Shown here one piece after another: positions 43,699-53,492 of a stretch of 64,000 nucleotides of DNA; the first letter of the stretch is position 1, and each line of letters opens with the position of its first letter. Both the position numbers and the translations under genes were made by a program. The stretch spans positions 60,046 to 124,045 of the forward strand of contig CAYYJS010000001.1 in NCBI GenBank assembly GCA_964472315.1, read 5' to 3'. Below the pieces are notes generated by a model. The model was not told the DNA's origin and ran no database searches. It saw only the letters and a program-made list of their open reading frames with translations. The DNA comes from an uncultured Victivallales bacterium (lineage in GTDB: Bacteria; Verrucomicrobiota; Kiritimatiellia; UBA8416).

Positions 43699-46298
43699 TT
43701 GCTCTCTCCCCTCATCTTGTTCAAGGCATATTCCGCGGCCCGCCGGACTTCCGGATGATTGTCGCTCAGCAGCGCCTCCACGTCAGCCAGCGCCTCGCCG
43801 GCCGCGAGATCGCCCAGCGCGACGACCGCGCACGCCCGCACTCGCGGATCGCGGTTTCCCAGCAGCGGCACGAGCGCCGGCACGGCGCGCCGGTCGCCAA
43901 GCCGGCCAAGTGTCTCCGCCGCCAGTTCCCGCACCGTTCCTTCGCCATCGGCCAGCATGGCCATTACGGGCTCGACGAAGGCCGGGTCGCCCAGGCGCCC
44001 GGCCGACCAGACCGCGGCGCTGCGCACGGCGTGGTGCGGATCTCCCAGCGCGCCGCGGACCTGCGCCGCGGCCTTCGCGCCGCCCACGCAGCCGAACGTC
44101 CAGGCCAGGCCCTGCCGCACACGCGGATCGGGATGGCCGGCGGCCGCATCGAGCCGCGCCAGGGCTTCCGCGTCGAAGCCGGTCGCGATCAGTGCGGCGA
44201 GCGAACGCCGGGCTTCGACGGATCCCGTCGCGAAGCCCTCAACCAGCCAGGATACGTCAACGCGTCCCAGCTCGATCAGCGTATCCCGTATGGTCTTCTG
44301 GTGAATGTCGATGTCGTGGTTGATCCAATACACCATCGGCGGGACGGCGGTCGCGGCGGGGAACTCGACCATCAGGGCGGCAACGGCGTCGATCTGCGTC
44401 GGCAACCGGTGCGATTCCAGCCTCATGAGGGTCTCGCCGATCGAGCGGTAGGCGCGCGATCGGTCGCACCAGACGAGCGCCCGGTACATGACAGCCAGCT
44501 TCGACTGGAAATACGCGTCGACCAGATGGCGCTTGAGATGCTCCTCGATCGCACTGAAAGCGCGCGCGTCGCCCGTCGCGCCGAGGGCCAGACAGGCCCG
44601 CGCTTCGACGCTGTTCCCCGCAATGTCCGGCCGGCCTTCGTGCGTGATGAACGGCAGGATGCGGTCGATGTGCGAGACATCCGGCACCCTCACGAAGGAC
44701 AGCAGCGCCATGCTCTGGACGTTGCGCCACGCCGCGGGGTTGTCGCCCGGACCGGCCATGGCAAGCACGGGCAGAAGCGCGCCGGTCAGGTCCCTGTCGG
44801 CGACGAAGGCGAGGGCTGCCAGGCAATCGGCGGCCCTCGCGTAGGCACGCTCGGCGGCGCATCTTCGTTCCTCCGCTGCCCGTTTCACGTCCGGCGCGCC
44901 GTCGCCGCTGTCCGCCGGCCGGTGCGCTTTGATGGTCTCGATACGGGCCCGGAACGCTGACAGCACCGTATCGCGTCCGCGCGCATCGCCGAGCAGGCAC
45001 AACACCATCGCCGCCTCCAGGCGCAACTCCGCCGCGCCATCGCGCAGGGCGGCAACGCAGTCCGGGATGGCCTGTCGGACGTCGCCGAGCCCGGCCGCAT
45101 CGAGCGCGGCGGCCGCGTCGGTCTTGGGTCCGGCCACCACCAGGCGTTGCCCGAGAAAGTCACGCAACGCCGTCATGGCGCGCAACCGCGGCGACGGCGC
45201 CGCCTTCAAGAGCCGGTTGAGATCCTGCCGCCCGTCCGGCGTATCGAGCAACGCCAACAGGCGTGCGCGCAGGCGATCCCGCTGGTTGGCGGGAACGTGG
45301 TCCGCGGCCAGGAGCAGCGAACGGACCGATGCCGTGCCCGGTATGGCCACCAGCATGCTCGCGGCGCGCTCCTGAACCGGCGGCAGGGGCACGGATACAA
45401 CATGGCCGCCGGCATCGCGCCACTCGATGGTCGTCCCGTCCATCTCCAGGATGCCGCACAGCGGTTCGGCCGCGGCGGCGCCGAGACCCGCGATCGGCCG
45501 CTGCACGGCACGGCGCACAACGTCGGTTGGATCGGCAAGCAGCATGACGATCCCCGGCGTGGCATTCGTGTGCCCGCCCCGCACAAGCCCTTCCGCCGCC
45601 GCGATCCGCAGCTCGGGCTCCGCCGCGCGCAGGAGCGACTCCAGCGCCTCGCGCGCCCGGTCGGAAGACACGTAACCCAGCGCATCCGCCGCGGCCTGTC
45701 GCGCCACGCCGGAGTCGAACTTTACGGCGGCGATCAGCACATCCATGGCCGGCTCGCCGATCTCGGCCAGGGCATGGGCCGCCGCGTTCGCGAGCGCCTC
45801 ATCGTCGCCCCGCATCGCGGTATCGAGCGGCGGCACCGCGCGCGGATCGCGAATCGTGCCCAGCGCCTGCGCCGCCAGGCGCCGCAGCTCGGCGTCGGCG
45901 TGCGCGTCGGCGAGCACCGCGCCAAGCGCCGGCGTGGCCGCCGGATCGCCGATGCGGCCGAGCGCCACGGCGGCCGCCTTGCGGACGTCGAGCCGGATAT
46001 CGGCGAGCAGCGCCACGAGCCCGCCGGTGGCGGCCCGTTCGCGGCGGATGCCGAGTTCGGAGGCCGCCGCGAGGCGCGCTTCAGGCTCGACGGCGCCGAG
46101 CTTGTCGATGAGCCCCGCGCCATCCGACCCCGGCGACGCTGCCTCACGCCGCCCGCACGCGCAGAACAGCGCCATGGCCGCCGCCAGCGCGGCCGCCCCG
46201 CGGACGACCCGTGCGCACAGGACCACCCGGCCCCGCATTTGGCCGCGCAACTGGCCCCTTGTTCCGGGCATGCTCCCGACGTTGGCGAGCGGCGCCAT
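43695..46298 (-). CDS. HEAT (PBS-lyase-like) repeat protein, probable lipoprotein
   Basis: Many VRxAAAxALGxIGDxxAxxxL repeats at both ends; lipobox-like AMALFCA-C. The true start may be 46238. Confidence 0.8.
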   Translation of the reverse strand: MAPLANVGSMPGTRGQLRGQMRGRVVLCARVVRGAAALAAAMALFCACGRREAASPGSDGAGLIDKLGAVEPEARLAAASELGIRRERAATGGLVALLADIRLDVRKAAAVALGRIGDPAATPALGAVLADAHADAELRRLAAQALGTIRDPRAVPPLDTAMRGDDEALANAAAHALAEIGEPAMDVLIAAVKFDSGVARQAAADALGYVSSDRAREALESLLRAAEPELRIAAAEGLVRGGHTNATPGIVMLLADPTDVVRRAVQRPIAGLGAAAAEPLCGILEMDGTTIEWRDAGGHVVSVPLPPVQERAASMLVAIPGTASVRSLLLAADHVPANQRDRLRARLLALLDTPDGRQDLNRLLKAAPSPRLRAMTALRDFLGQRLVVAGPKTDAAAALDAAGLGDVRQAIPDCVAALRDGAAELRLEAAMVLCLLGDARGRDTVLSAFRARIETIKAHRPADSGDGAPDVKRAAEERRCAAERAYARAADCLAALAFVADRDLTGALLPVLAMAGPGDNPAAWRNVQSMALLSFVRVPDVSHIDRILPFITHEGRPDIAGNSVEARACLALGATGDARAFSAIEEHLKRHLVDAYFQSKLAVMYRALVWCDRSRAYRSIGETLMRLESHRLPTQIDAVAALMVEFPAATAVPPMVYWINHDIDIHQKTIRDTLIELGRVDVSWLVEGFATGSVEARRSLAALIATGFDAEALARLDAAAGHPDPRVRQGLAWTFGCVGGAKAAAQVRGALGDPHHAVRSAAVWSAGRLGDPAFVEPVMAMLADGEGTVRELAAETLGRLGDRRAVPALVPLLGNRDPRVRACAVVALGDLAAGEALADVEALLSDNHPEVRRAAEYALNKMRGESK

Positions 46299-47771
46299 CT
46301 ACTCGTTCTCCTCCGCCCGTCGGCCGGCGTAGACGCAGAGCGAAAAGCCCGTCCGGCCCCACGCGTTCTCCAGCTTGAAGAGCACCGCGTTCACGCCCTT
46401 CCGCAGGTGAACCTTGGCGTGCTTGCGGTCGGGCACCCACGGATGCGGCGTCTTGCCGCTGGTGTACACCTCTTCGCCGTTGATCCAGCATTTGCCGTAG
46501 TCGTCACTGCCGAAGATGCAGAAACGGGTCTGTTCCTCGTCGCACCACAGTTCCGTGTAGGCATACCAGATGGCCCATTCCTTTGGCGGAGTCGGAATGA
46601 AGCAGACGCGCCGGTCCGTCGCCAGGAACTCCCAGCGGATCGGCTGCTGATCCATTCCGACATAGCGGGCATCGAGGTCGATGCCGGTGAAGCCGAGCCG
46701 CGGGTCGAGGCTGGCCTCGGGCGGGAACTTCTCTTCGAGGTTCCGGCGACCGGGATTGGGGAACGGTCCGATGACGTACCACATGTTGACGAACATCCAG
46801 CGCGTCGTCTCGCCGCGCGAGACGATCTTCCGACCGGGAAGGGGCATGGCCTTGCTCAGGTCGATCCCAAGATCGACGGGAAGTCCCAGTTCCTTCTTTG
46901 TGATCGGGCCGTCGCCGCGTCCCCACTCGTGTTCGAACGCGCGCGGGTCCATCCCCGTTTCGCCGCGAAACAGATCGTCGGGCCGTTCGATCACGGCCTT
47001 GATGTTGTACATCTGGGCGACACCTTGAGCGAAATCCCATTCGGACCAGGTGCCGAGAATCCCCGGCTCGAGAATGGCGGCCAGGTCCAGCATCCGTCGC
47101 CCGGCGCCCATCATGCCGCGGAGCTCGGTCTTGACACCGGACAACGCTTCCTTGAACTCCGCCATCGCCGCGTCAGCGGTGGAGGCGATGCGCGGCACGA
47201 TCGCGCCGGGATCGAGATCGGGGTGTTCGGGCGCCACCACGTCCGTGGCTTCATAAGCCTTCCGCAGGGGCAGATGCTGCAGGCGCGCCAGCTCGCTGGC
47301 CCGGAATATCCGGTACAGGTCGTGAAGACGCTGGTCCAGAATCCGGGCGGTGTCGTAGAGCGCGGTCAGATCCTGCCGCTCCAGTTCCGAGGACAGGGCC
47401 GCCCGTTCGTGCGGCTGCGGATCCGCCGTCGCGAGCGCCGCCAATGGCTCGGGGGTTCGTGTCGACGCGGCATACTTCTCGTAGCGGGCGTCGCGGACCC
47501 GTTCCATCAGCCCCAGCATCTCGCGCAACTTCACGATGTCCGTACGGGCATAGCCGGCCTCGGTCTCCAGCAGACGCCGGGCGAACGCGATGGCCTCGTT
47601 GCCCTCGGCCACGACCGGCGGCGGCACGCGCTTCGGGCGCGCCCACGCAAACCAGCCGAACCAGCCGAAGTACGATCCCGCGCACAGCAGCGCGGACAGG
47701 AGGAAGAGGCCGCCGGACAACAGGTAAACCTGCCGCCGCTTTCGGGCCAGTTGGAGGGGCGTGGTCGTCAT
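46299..47771 (-). CDS. Membrane-anchored hypothetical protein with helical stalk and C-terminal jelly-roll/PA14-like domain
   Basis: N-terminal TM, short Pro-rich stretch PKRVPPPV, helical middle; WYVIGPFPN...YAYTELW...GSDDYGKCWING...LRKGVNAVLFKLEN. Confidence 0.75.
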   Translation of the reverse strand: MTTTPLQLARKRRQVYLLSGGLFLLSALLCAGSYFGWFGWFAWARPKRVPPPVVAEGNEAIAFARRLLETEAGYARTDIVKLREMLGLMERVRDARYEKYAASTRTPEPLAALATADPQPHERAALSSELERQDLTALYDTARILDQRLHDLYRIFRASELARLQHLPLRKAYEATDVVAPEHPDLDPGAIVPRIASTADAAMAEFKEALSGVKTELRGMMGAGRRMLDLAAILEPGILGTWSEWDFAQGVAQMYNIKAVIERPDDLFRGETGMDPRAFEHEWGRGDGPITKKELGLPVDLGIDLSKAMPLPGRKIVSRGETTRWMFVNMWYVIGPFPNPGRRNLEEKFPPEASLDPRLGFTGIDLDARYVGMDQQPIRWEFLATDRRVCFIPTPPKEWAIWYAYTELWCDEEQTRFCIFGSDDYGKCWINGEEVYTSGKTPHPWVPDRKHAKVHLRKGVNAVLFKLENAWGRTGFSLCVYAGRRAEENE

Positions 47772-47780
47772 GCATTTACC

Positions 47781-48206
47781 TCAATCCGTCGTCCGTACGC
47801 CAACGCGGTTAAGTCCCAGAAACTGCAAGTGGTCGAGCATGCGCGAAACATGCCGGGTCGGTGTATTCCGATCCACGTCCAAGCGCACCTTGCGGTTCGC
47901 GTCCTTCGCCACCATGGCCGTCAGCCGTTTGTGGAGCAGCGTCTGCGTCATCTCCTCGCCATCCATGACGATCAGCGGATCGCCGTAAGGTGGCCGCGGC
48001 GCCGTCATTTCGACGATGATCGTGTCGTACTGCGCCGTCGTCTCCTCGGCCGACGCCGCATCCGGCAGCACGATGCCGATGTCCTTGTGCGGCTTCTGCA
48101 ACATCGAGGTCACGAGGAAGAAGATGAGCAGGATGAAGACGCAGTCGATCAACGGCGCCATCTGGATCTCGTCGCCTTCCTCTTCCGAATCCGCCCGCAC
48201 CTTCAT
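47781..48206 (-). CDS. exbD: Biopolymer transport protein ExbD/TolR (copy 1)
   Basis: MAPLIDCVFILLIFFLVTS; ATGA overlap with the exbB stop. Confidence 0.9.
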   Translation of the reverse strand: MKVRADSEEEGDEIQMAPLIDCVFILLIFFLVTSMLQKPHKDIGIVLPDAASAEETTAQYDTIIVEMTAPRPPYGDPLIVMDGEEMTQTLLHKRLTAMVAKDANRKVRLDVDRNTPTRHVSRMLDHLQFLGLNRVGVRTTD

Positions 48207-49015
48207 TTCGCCCCGCCTCCCCGCGCCGTCTTCCAACGCCCCTGAACCATGGACAACACTTCCTCCAGTTCGTTGGCGATGAGGTTAATGCGGAATTTGA
48301 AGAGGTTGAACGCGAACAGCGTCGTGATCGCCACGATCAGGCCGTAGATCGTGGTCAACAACGCCTTCTCGATACCGCCCGCCAGCATGGCCGGGTTGCC
48401 CATCTCGCCGGCGAGGGCCACGTCGCGAAAGCATTCGCGAATGCCGACGACGGTTCCGAGCAGGCCGATCAACGGCGTGAGGCCGGCGATCGCCGCCAGC
48501 GGAAAGCACATCATCCGGTGCAGGTCAAGGTCGCGCGAGGCCAGTTCGTTGACCGTCGCTTCCCGTTCCTCGCGCGGGGCGTCGCCGGCATCGGCCAGGT
48601 AGAGCAGCACTTTGCCGAGCGTGCTCTTGCGGTCGTGCCGGACCGCCTCGCGCAACGCGCCGGCATCGCCCTGGTCCAGTAGCGCGCCGAGCTTCTTGAG
48701 CAACGCGGCCGGGAGGATGCGCTTGCGCGTCATCCGCAGCGCCCGCTCCAGCACGAAGGCGACGCCGATAATCAGCAGCGCGTCGATGCCGTACATCGCG
48801 CTGCCACCCGCCGTGTGCAGGTACTTGAGGTTCTTCCAGGCGCCCGCGAGCCTGGTTCCCGCCGGCGCGGTCGGGCTTTGCGCGGAGATGTCCACCGCCG
48901 AAACGCCTGCCGGCGCGGGCGCCGCCTCCTGGCCCTGCGCCACCCATGTTCCGCCCGCCGCCAGCAGGAACGCCGTCATCCCGATCGCCACCCTCATGCC
49001 TCGCCCTCGTCTCAT
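48203..49015 (-). CDS. exbB: MotA/TolQ/ExbB proton channel protein with N-terminal signal peptide
   Basis: PLIGLLGTVVG and GGIEKALLTTIYGLIVA motifs; start moved to ATG 49015 after GAGGA. Confidence 0.9.
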   Translation of the reverse strand: MRRGRGMRVAIGMTAFLLAAGGTWVAQGQEAAPAPAGVSAVDISAQSPTAPAGTRLAGAWKNLKYLHTAGGSAMYGIDALLIIGVAFVLERALRMTRKRILPAALLKKLGALLDQGDAGALREAVRHDRKSTLGKVLLYLADAGDAPREEREATVNELASRDLDLHRMMCFPLAAIAGLTPLIGLLGTVVGIRECFRDVALAGEMGNPAMLAGGIEKALLTTIYGLIVAITTLFAFNLFKFRINLIANELEEVLSMVQGRWKTARGGGAK

Positions 49016-49106
49016 TCCTCGTTCTCCCTTCTGCTCGTTACGCGCCGATTTCCGTGCCGTCCCCGACACGCGACACCGGACACGTCCTTTTCGCGGTTTG
49101 CCTGCA

Positions 49107-52100
49107 CTACTCGATGATCGCCCTCGTACCGTCGAATCGTATGCGTGCGTCTCCGACGGCGACAAGACTGTCCAGCCCCGTTCCCGAAACCACTCTGACC
49201 TCGGGCGGCGGGACGCCGCGCTGCAACGTCAGCACCGCGAAGTAGCCGGCGCCGGGCGGCGCGTTGGCTACGAACCCGGGCGTCTGTTCGGCTTTCGAAC
49301 GCGCCAGTTCGGGGCGTTCAAGATGCGCCTTCACATCGGGTACGGCAAGGATCTTAACGTCCGACGGCGCGACGAACGTGCCCTTCAGCGAGGCGCCGTT
49401 CTGGGACGCCAGGAACGAGTAACCATCGGGGAGCACCTCCGTGCGCAGGTCGCCCTCGGCGGGCAGATGCCACAGCCACTGACGGCGCCCGCCCGCCTCG
49501 ATGCGGTCGACGACGACCATCAGCGCCGGCGCGCCGCACCGGCCGCTGTAATCCACCGCCACCGCGCGCATGCCGCGCAGGAGGGGATCCTCCGTCATCG
49601 GCGACAGTTCGCTTTCGTCGACGCCCAGCCCCCGGGCCGTCAGTTTGCGTTGCCGCTCCCACGCTTCCTTCGCGCGGCCCACGATCTGCACATACACGGC
49701 GTTCAGGTCGACCGAGACGTGTCCGGAACCGTCCGCGCTTGCCGCCCAGCTCAGCGTACGCCCCACGCCGCCTTCGCTGCACAGGTTGTCGGGCAGCAGC
49801 ACGACACTGTCGAGCCAGCGTTCGGCGCCGCGTCCGGTCGTCGTCCTGGCCCATTCGCGGCCGAATCCGTAAAGCCGCAGCGCGGCCGCGTTCTGCTGAC
49901 TCCACCCGCCGCCCGTTTCGTGGCGGGCGTAGATCTGGAACACGATGTCGTCGGAATCCCGCCACCGGTTGCGGAACAGGTACATGCCCTTGCCCATGGC
50001 CTGGTAGGTCTTCGGGAAGTTCGTTTCGGGATGTTCCGGTTCGATCGTCGTGCCGCCGGTGACGGGGTCCAGCGGGTAGTTGACAAACAGCCACGGCAGG
50101 TCATCGAGTCCGACCTTTTCCACGATGTTCGCCCGGGTTTCCGGTCGGCCGGGATCCACCTGATTCAGTTTGTTCCATATCCAGAGAACCCCGGGCTTGT
50201 ACGGCTCGGGAATGACCGGGAATCCGAGCGTCATGAACTGCACGCCGGAACCGATGCCGCTCTTCCCGTTGAACGGCTGCATGAAGAGGCTGGGAGGGGC
50301 GCCTTCCGGCTCCCGCAGGATTGCCGCCACCATGTAGCGCAGCGGGAAATGGGTGGCGTCGGGGTGGGGCGAGACCATTTCGCCGAACATGCGCTTGTAT
50401 GCGGTGTGGTAACGGACGGGCGTGTCGGCGGTGTGCGTGTAGACTTCGCCCTCGGATTGGTAGCCGCCGTCGCCCATCAGTTTGCGCGCGTTGCGGTACA
50501 TGGCCGTGCGGCACTGATGAAACACCTGTTGCTTGCGGGCGTCCATCCCCGTCCGCTCCAGATCCTCGGTGTTGACCCGGTTCCACACCCGCAGCCGTTG
50601 CAGGGACTCGGTCTGCTCGTCCAGCAGCGTCTGCATCTCCTTGTCGTCGTCCGTGACGAAGGAGAAGACCGTACGCACGGCGGCCATCGCGTTGCTGCCG
50701 GCGCTGTGCGCCACGAAGACCGGATACGGGCCCGCCGACAGCTTCACGATCGCGCGGTCGGGCAGTTCGCGTCCCGCCACGGTGATACAGGAGTCGCCCT
50801 GGGGCGGAAGCTCGACCCGGTAATACCCGGGGCGCGGATTGTCCACCACCGTGTGCAGCAGAAAAGACACCGCGCTGAATTCCGGCTGCTCCGCACGCAG
50901 TTCCTCCCACGGGTAGATGCCGTCGCTCGCAACCTGGCCGTCCGGCATGGGACGCATGCCGCGGTCGAAGCCGGCGACCCGCAACGGCATGCCGTTGGTC
51001 GCGAATGGCGCGCCGCCGAGCGCATCGATCCACTCGCCCGGGGCCACGGGAGAAAACACGGGGCCGCTCCAGAGCCAGTCCCGCGGCGACTCCCGGCTGC
51101 GCAGCGGGCTCGCCGACACACCGGGAGGAACGCGCTCGGCCGGCGCGATCGGGATGGCCTCGCTGCCGGGCGGCGGCGGGGGCGGCCGGCCCGGATCCAT
51201 CCAGTAGGCCAGCGAGAGCATCGCGCCCCCCCCCTGGATGGGCGAATAGTAGTTGCTGTCCTCCGACCAGTTGGCGCATATGCTGAACCGCCCCATGTCC
51301 GTGGAGGTGAGATTGCTCACGCGCACCAGATAGGTCTCGACCTCCCGGCGGAAGTCTTCCGGCCAGGCGTCCCAGCACAGGTCGTATGCCAACGCGATGG
51401 TCGTCAGCCGCGGTCCCCAGACCTGGCCGAGGCTGAGGAAGCCGAAGTCGCGTTTGGCCATTTCTTCGCGCACAAACGGAATCGCGGCGGCCGCGTACGA
51501 CGGGTCGTCCACGAGCCGGTACACCATGCCCATGCAGACGGGATCGGCCGCCGCGGCCATGCGCCGGAAGGCGGCCCTGCCGAACGGCGTGCCCAACCGC
51601 GCCCGCAGCGCCGGCAACTCATACGCGCGGAACAGGATGCGCGGGTGCTCATGGGGGCCAACCGGCCGGAATCCCTCCGCAATGGGCGGACGCGCCGGCT
51701 TCAGGGACGCCGTCGCGCGCCCCGAGATGTCCAGGCCGTGGTACTTGCCCGTATAGGCGCCCTCGAAACCGCCGCCTTCATTCCGCTTGAGCGTGACCTC
51801 ATACTCGCCGTAGCCGCCCATGATCCACGGGTCCTCGGCGATGCCCATGCGGATCGAAAACCGTAGCGCGTCACCGTCATCCGACGCCGTTTCCACGCGC
51901 CCGAAATGCATGCCCCGGTTGACGCCGTGTCCGACGATGCGCTCCCATCGCCCGGCCCGCCGCGCCAGGTCCAGCCGCAGTCTGGTGCGTCCGGCCGGCA
52001 CGTACGCCGCCACCTCCGGCTCCGCCTCGGCATCGTCCAGCCAGGGCATGTTGTTCTTGCGCTTGGCATACGCGCTCGGCGGGTTCCCGGTGTAGATGGC

Positions 52101-53486
52101 GCCCTCCAGTTCCAGGGCGTACTCCAGGTCGATCCTGGCCGGCGGTTCGACCGGCGGAACCGCGGCCGCCGGCCGGGTGCCGGCCTCTTGCGCGATGCGT
52201 TCGAGCACGCGATGGGGGTCCTTTTCCCGGACCTCGGCGGCGGCCTCCGAGGCCGCCGCGCCGCCAATCCGCGCCAGGGTTTCCATCCACAGGCGGGCTT
52301 CTTCCACCGAGGGCATCGCCCGGCAGGCACCGACATACGTCCGGATCGCGGTCACGCCCGGCGCCCCCAGCTTGGCGAACGCCAGGGCTGCGGCCGACTT
52401 CAGGGCCAGCGACACGGGCGCGGACAGGGTTTTCGCGGCCAGGCGCTCCGCCACCGCCGGTCCCAGCGCGGCCAGGGCGGTCGCGGCGCGTTCCGCGACC
52501 GCGGCGTACGCCGCCGGCTTGGATGCCGTCAGCTCCAGCACACGATACAAGCCGTCAAATGTGGCGGGGCCACCCCATGCCGCGAGCAGCCCCGTGGCAT
52601 GCGCCAGCGCCTCCGCGCCCCGACTGCCGGTCAACACACCCGCGCAGAAGGGCGACTGCAGGGCCTGCGTGAGCGACGCCGTGCCGTCCGGCCCCAACGC
52701 GCCGACCGCTTCCGCGGCGCGCTCGCGAATCGCCGCCTCCGGATCGCCCATCGCGTACACCGCGGCCTGCACACGGAAACCGTCGTCGAACCCCAGCAAC
52801 GCCGCCATCGCCTCGGCGCGAAGCCTCGCGTCGGGCTGTGTGCCCGGCGCAAGAGCGGCCAGCAGGGCCGAACGCGCCTTCTCGTCCCGGTGCTTCCCCA
52901 ACGCCGCGGCCGCCATCCGCCGGACCTCGACCACCGCTTCCTCGCTCAGGACCCGGACCAGCGCATCGAGCGACTCGGGTGCGGGCGGAATCGCCGCCAG
53001 GGCTTCCACCACCGCCGTTCGCACCGCGACGTCCACGTCGTCGACCGCCAGGGCCAGCGCTGCATGCGCCACGCCGCCGCCGGCCATCCCCAGCGCCTTC
53101 GCCGCGGCCGACCGCACGTTCGGCCGCGGGTCGCGCACGCCGATGGTCATCGCATGTACGCCGCGTTCGTCGCCGATTTCGCCCAGCGCCAGCAGGCAGG
53201 CGGCCCGGACATCGGGGTCTTCGTTCTTGTGGCTCAGGGCGGATAGCAGCTCGATGACGTGGGGGTCCGGGTGCTCCCGAAGGCCGCGCACGGCCTGCTC
53301 CCGCGTCGCGGGATCCTTGAGCGCCTTGGCCAGCTCGAGCTGCGAAGTCACGGCCTCCATGTTCTCGACATCGCGTCCGCCGGCGGTGTCGCCCATGCGC
53401 CGCATGTGCATCGTCATCGTCGCCGCCACCGCCACCGCCAGGACGATCAGACTGCCGATCAACCATCGCTTTTCCTGTGCCATCAT
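49107..53486 (-). CDS. Membrane-anchored 1459-aa fusion: HEAT repeats + unknown beta domain + heparinase/lyase-like module
   Basis: N-terminal TM; about 400 aa of HEAT repeats; HEHPRILFR, ALAYDLCWD, GYQSEG, YLFRNRW and AVAVDYSG motifs paralleling 35924..37654. Confidence 0.7.
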   Translation of the reverse strand: MMAQEKRWLIGSLIVLAVAVAATMTMHMRRMGDTAGGRDVENMEAVTSQLELAKALKDPATREQAVRGLREHPDPHVIELLSALSHKNEDPDVRAACLLALGEIGDERGVHAMTIGVRDPRPNVRSAAAKALGMAGGGVAHAALALAVDDVDVAVRTAVVEALAAIPPAPESLDALVRVLSEEAVVEVRRMAAAALGKHRDEKARSALLAALAPGTQPDARLRAEAMAALLGFDDGFRVQAAVYAMGDPEAAIRERAAEAVGALGPDGTASLTQALQSPFCAGVLTGSRGAEALAHATGLLAAWGGPATFDGLYRVLELTASKPAAYAAVAERAATALAALGPAVAERLAAKTLSAPVSLALKSAAALAFAKLGAPGVTAIRTYVGACRAMPSVEEARLWMETLARIGGAAASEAAAEVREKDPHRVLERIAQEAGTRPAAAVPPVEPPARIDLEYALELEGAIYTGNPPSAYAKRKNNMPWLDDAEAEPEVAAYVPAGRTRLRLDLARRAGRWERIVGHGVNRGMHFGRVETASDDGDALRFSIRMGIAEDPWIMGGYGEYEVTLKRNEGGGFEGAYTGKYHGLDISGRATASLKPARPPIAEGFRPVGPHEHPRILFRAYELPALRARLGTPFGRAAFRRMAAAADPVCMGMVYRLVDDPSYAAAAIPFVREEMAKRDFGFLSLGQVWGPRLTTIALAYDLCWDAWPEDFRREVETYLVRVSNLTSTDMGRFSICANWSEDSNYYSPIQGGGAMLSLAYWMDPGRPPPPPPGSEAIPIAPAERVPPGVSASPLRSRESPRDWLWSGPVFSPVAPGEWIDALGGAPFATNGMPLRVAGFDRGMRPMPDGQVASDGIYPWEELRAEQPEFSAVSFLLHTVVDNPRPGYYRVELPPQGDSCITVAGRELPDRAIVKLSAGPYPVFVAHSAGSNAMAAVRTVFSFVTDDDKEMQTLLDEQTESLQRLRVWNRVNTEDLERTGMDARKQQVFHQCRTAMYRNARKLMGDGGYQSEGEVYTHTADTPVRYHTAYKRMFGEMVSPHPDATHFPLRYMVAAILREPEGAPPSLFMQPFNGKSGIGSGVQFMTLGFPVIPEPYKPGVLWIWNKLNQVDPGRPETRANIVEKVGLDDLPWLFVNYPLDPVTGGTTIEPEHPETNFPKTYQAMGKGMYLFRNRWRDSDDIVFQIYARHETGGGWSQQNAAALRLYGFGREWARTTTGRGAERWLDSVVLLPDNLCSEGGVGRTLSWAASADGSGHVSVDLNAVYVQIVGRAKEAWERQRKLTARGLGVDESELSPMTEDPLLRGMRAVAVDYSGRCGAPALMVVVDRIEAGGRRQWLWHLPAEGDLRTEVLPDGYSFLASQNGASLKGTFVAPSDVKILAVPDVKAHLERPELARSKAEQTPGFVANAPPGAGYFAVLTLQRGVPPPEVRVVSGTGLDSLVAVGDARIRFDGTRAIIE

Positions 53487-53492
53487 CCCACG

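Noticed and set aside
43210-49015. Tol-Pal or flagellar MotAB assignment
   Set aside because: No tolA/tolB/pal, no OmpA-like peptidoglycan-binding domain on the ExbD proteins, and no flagellar genes.
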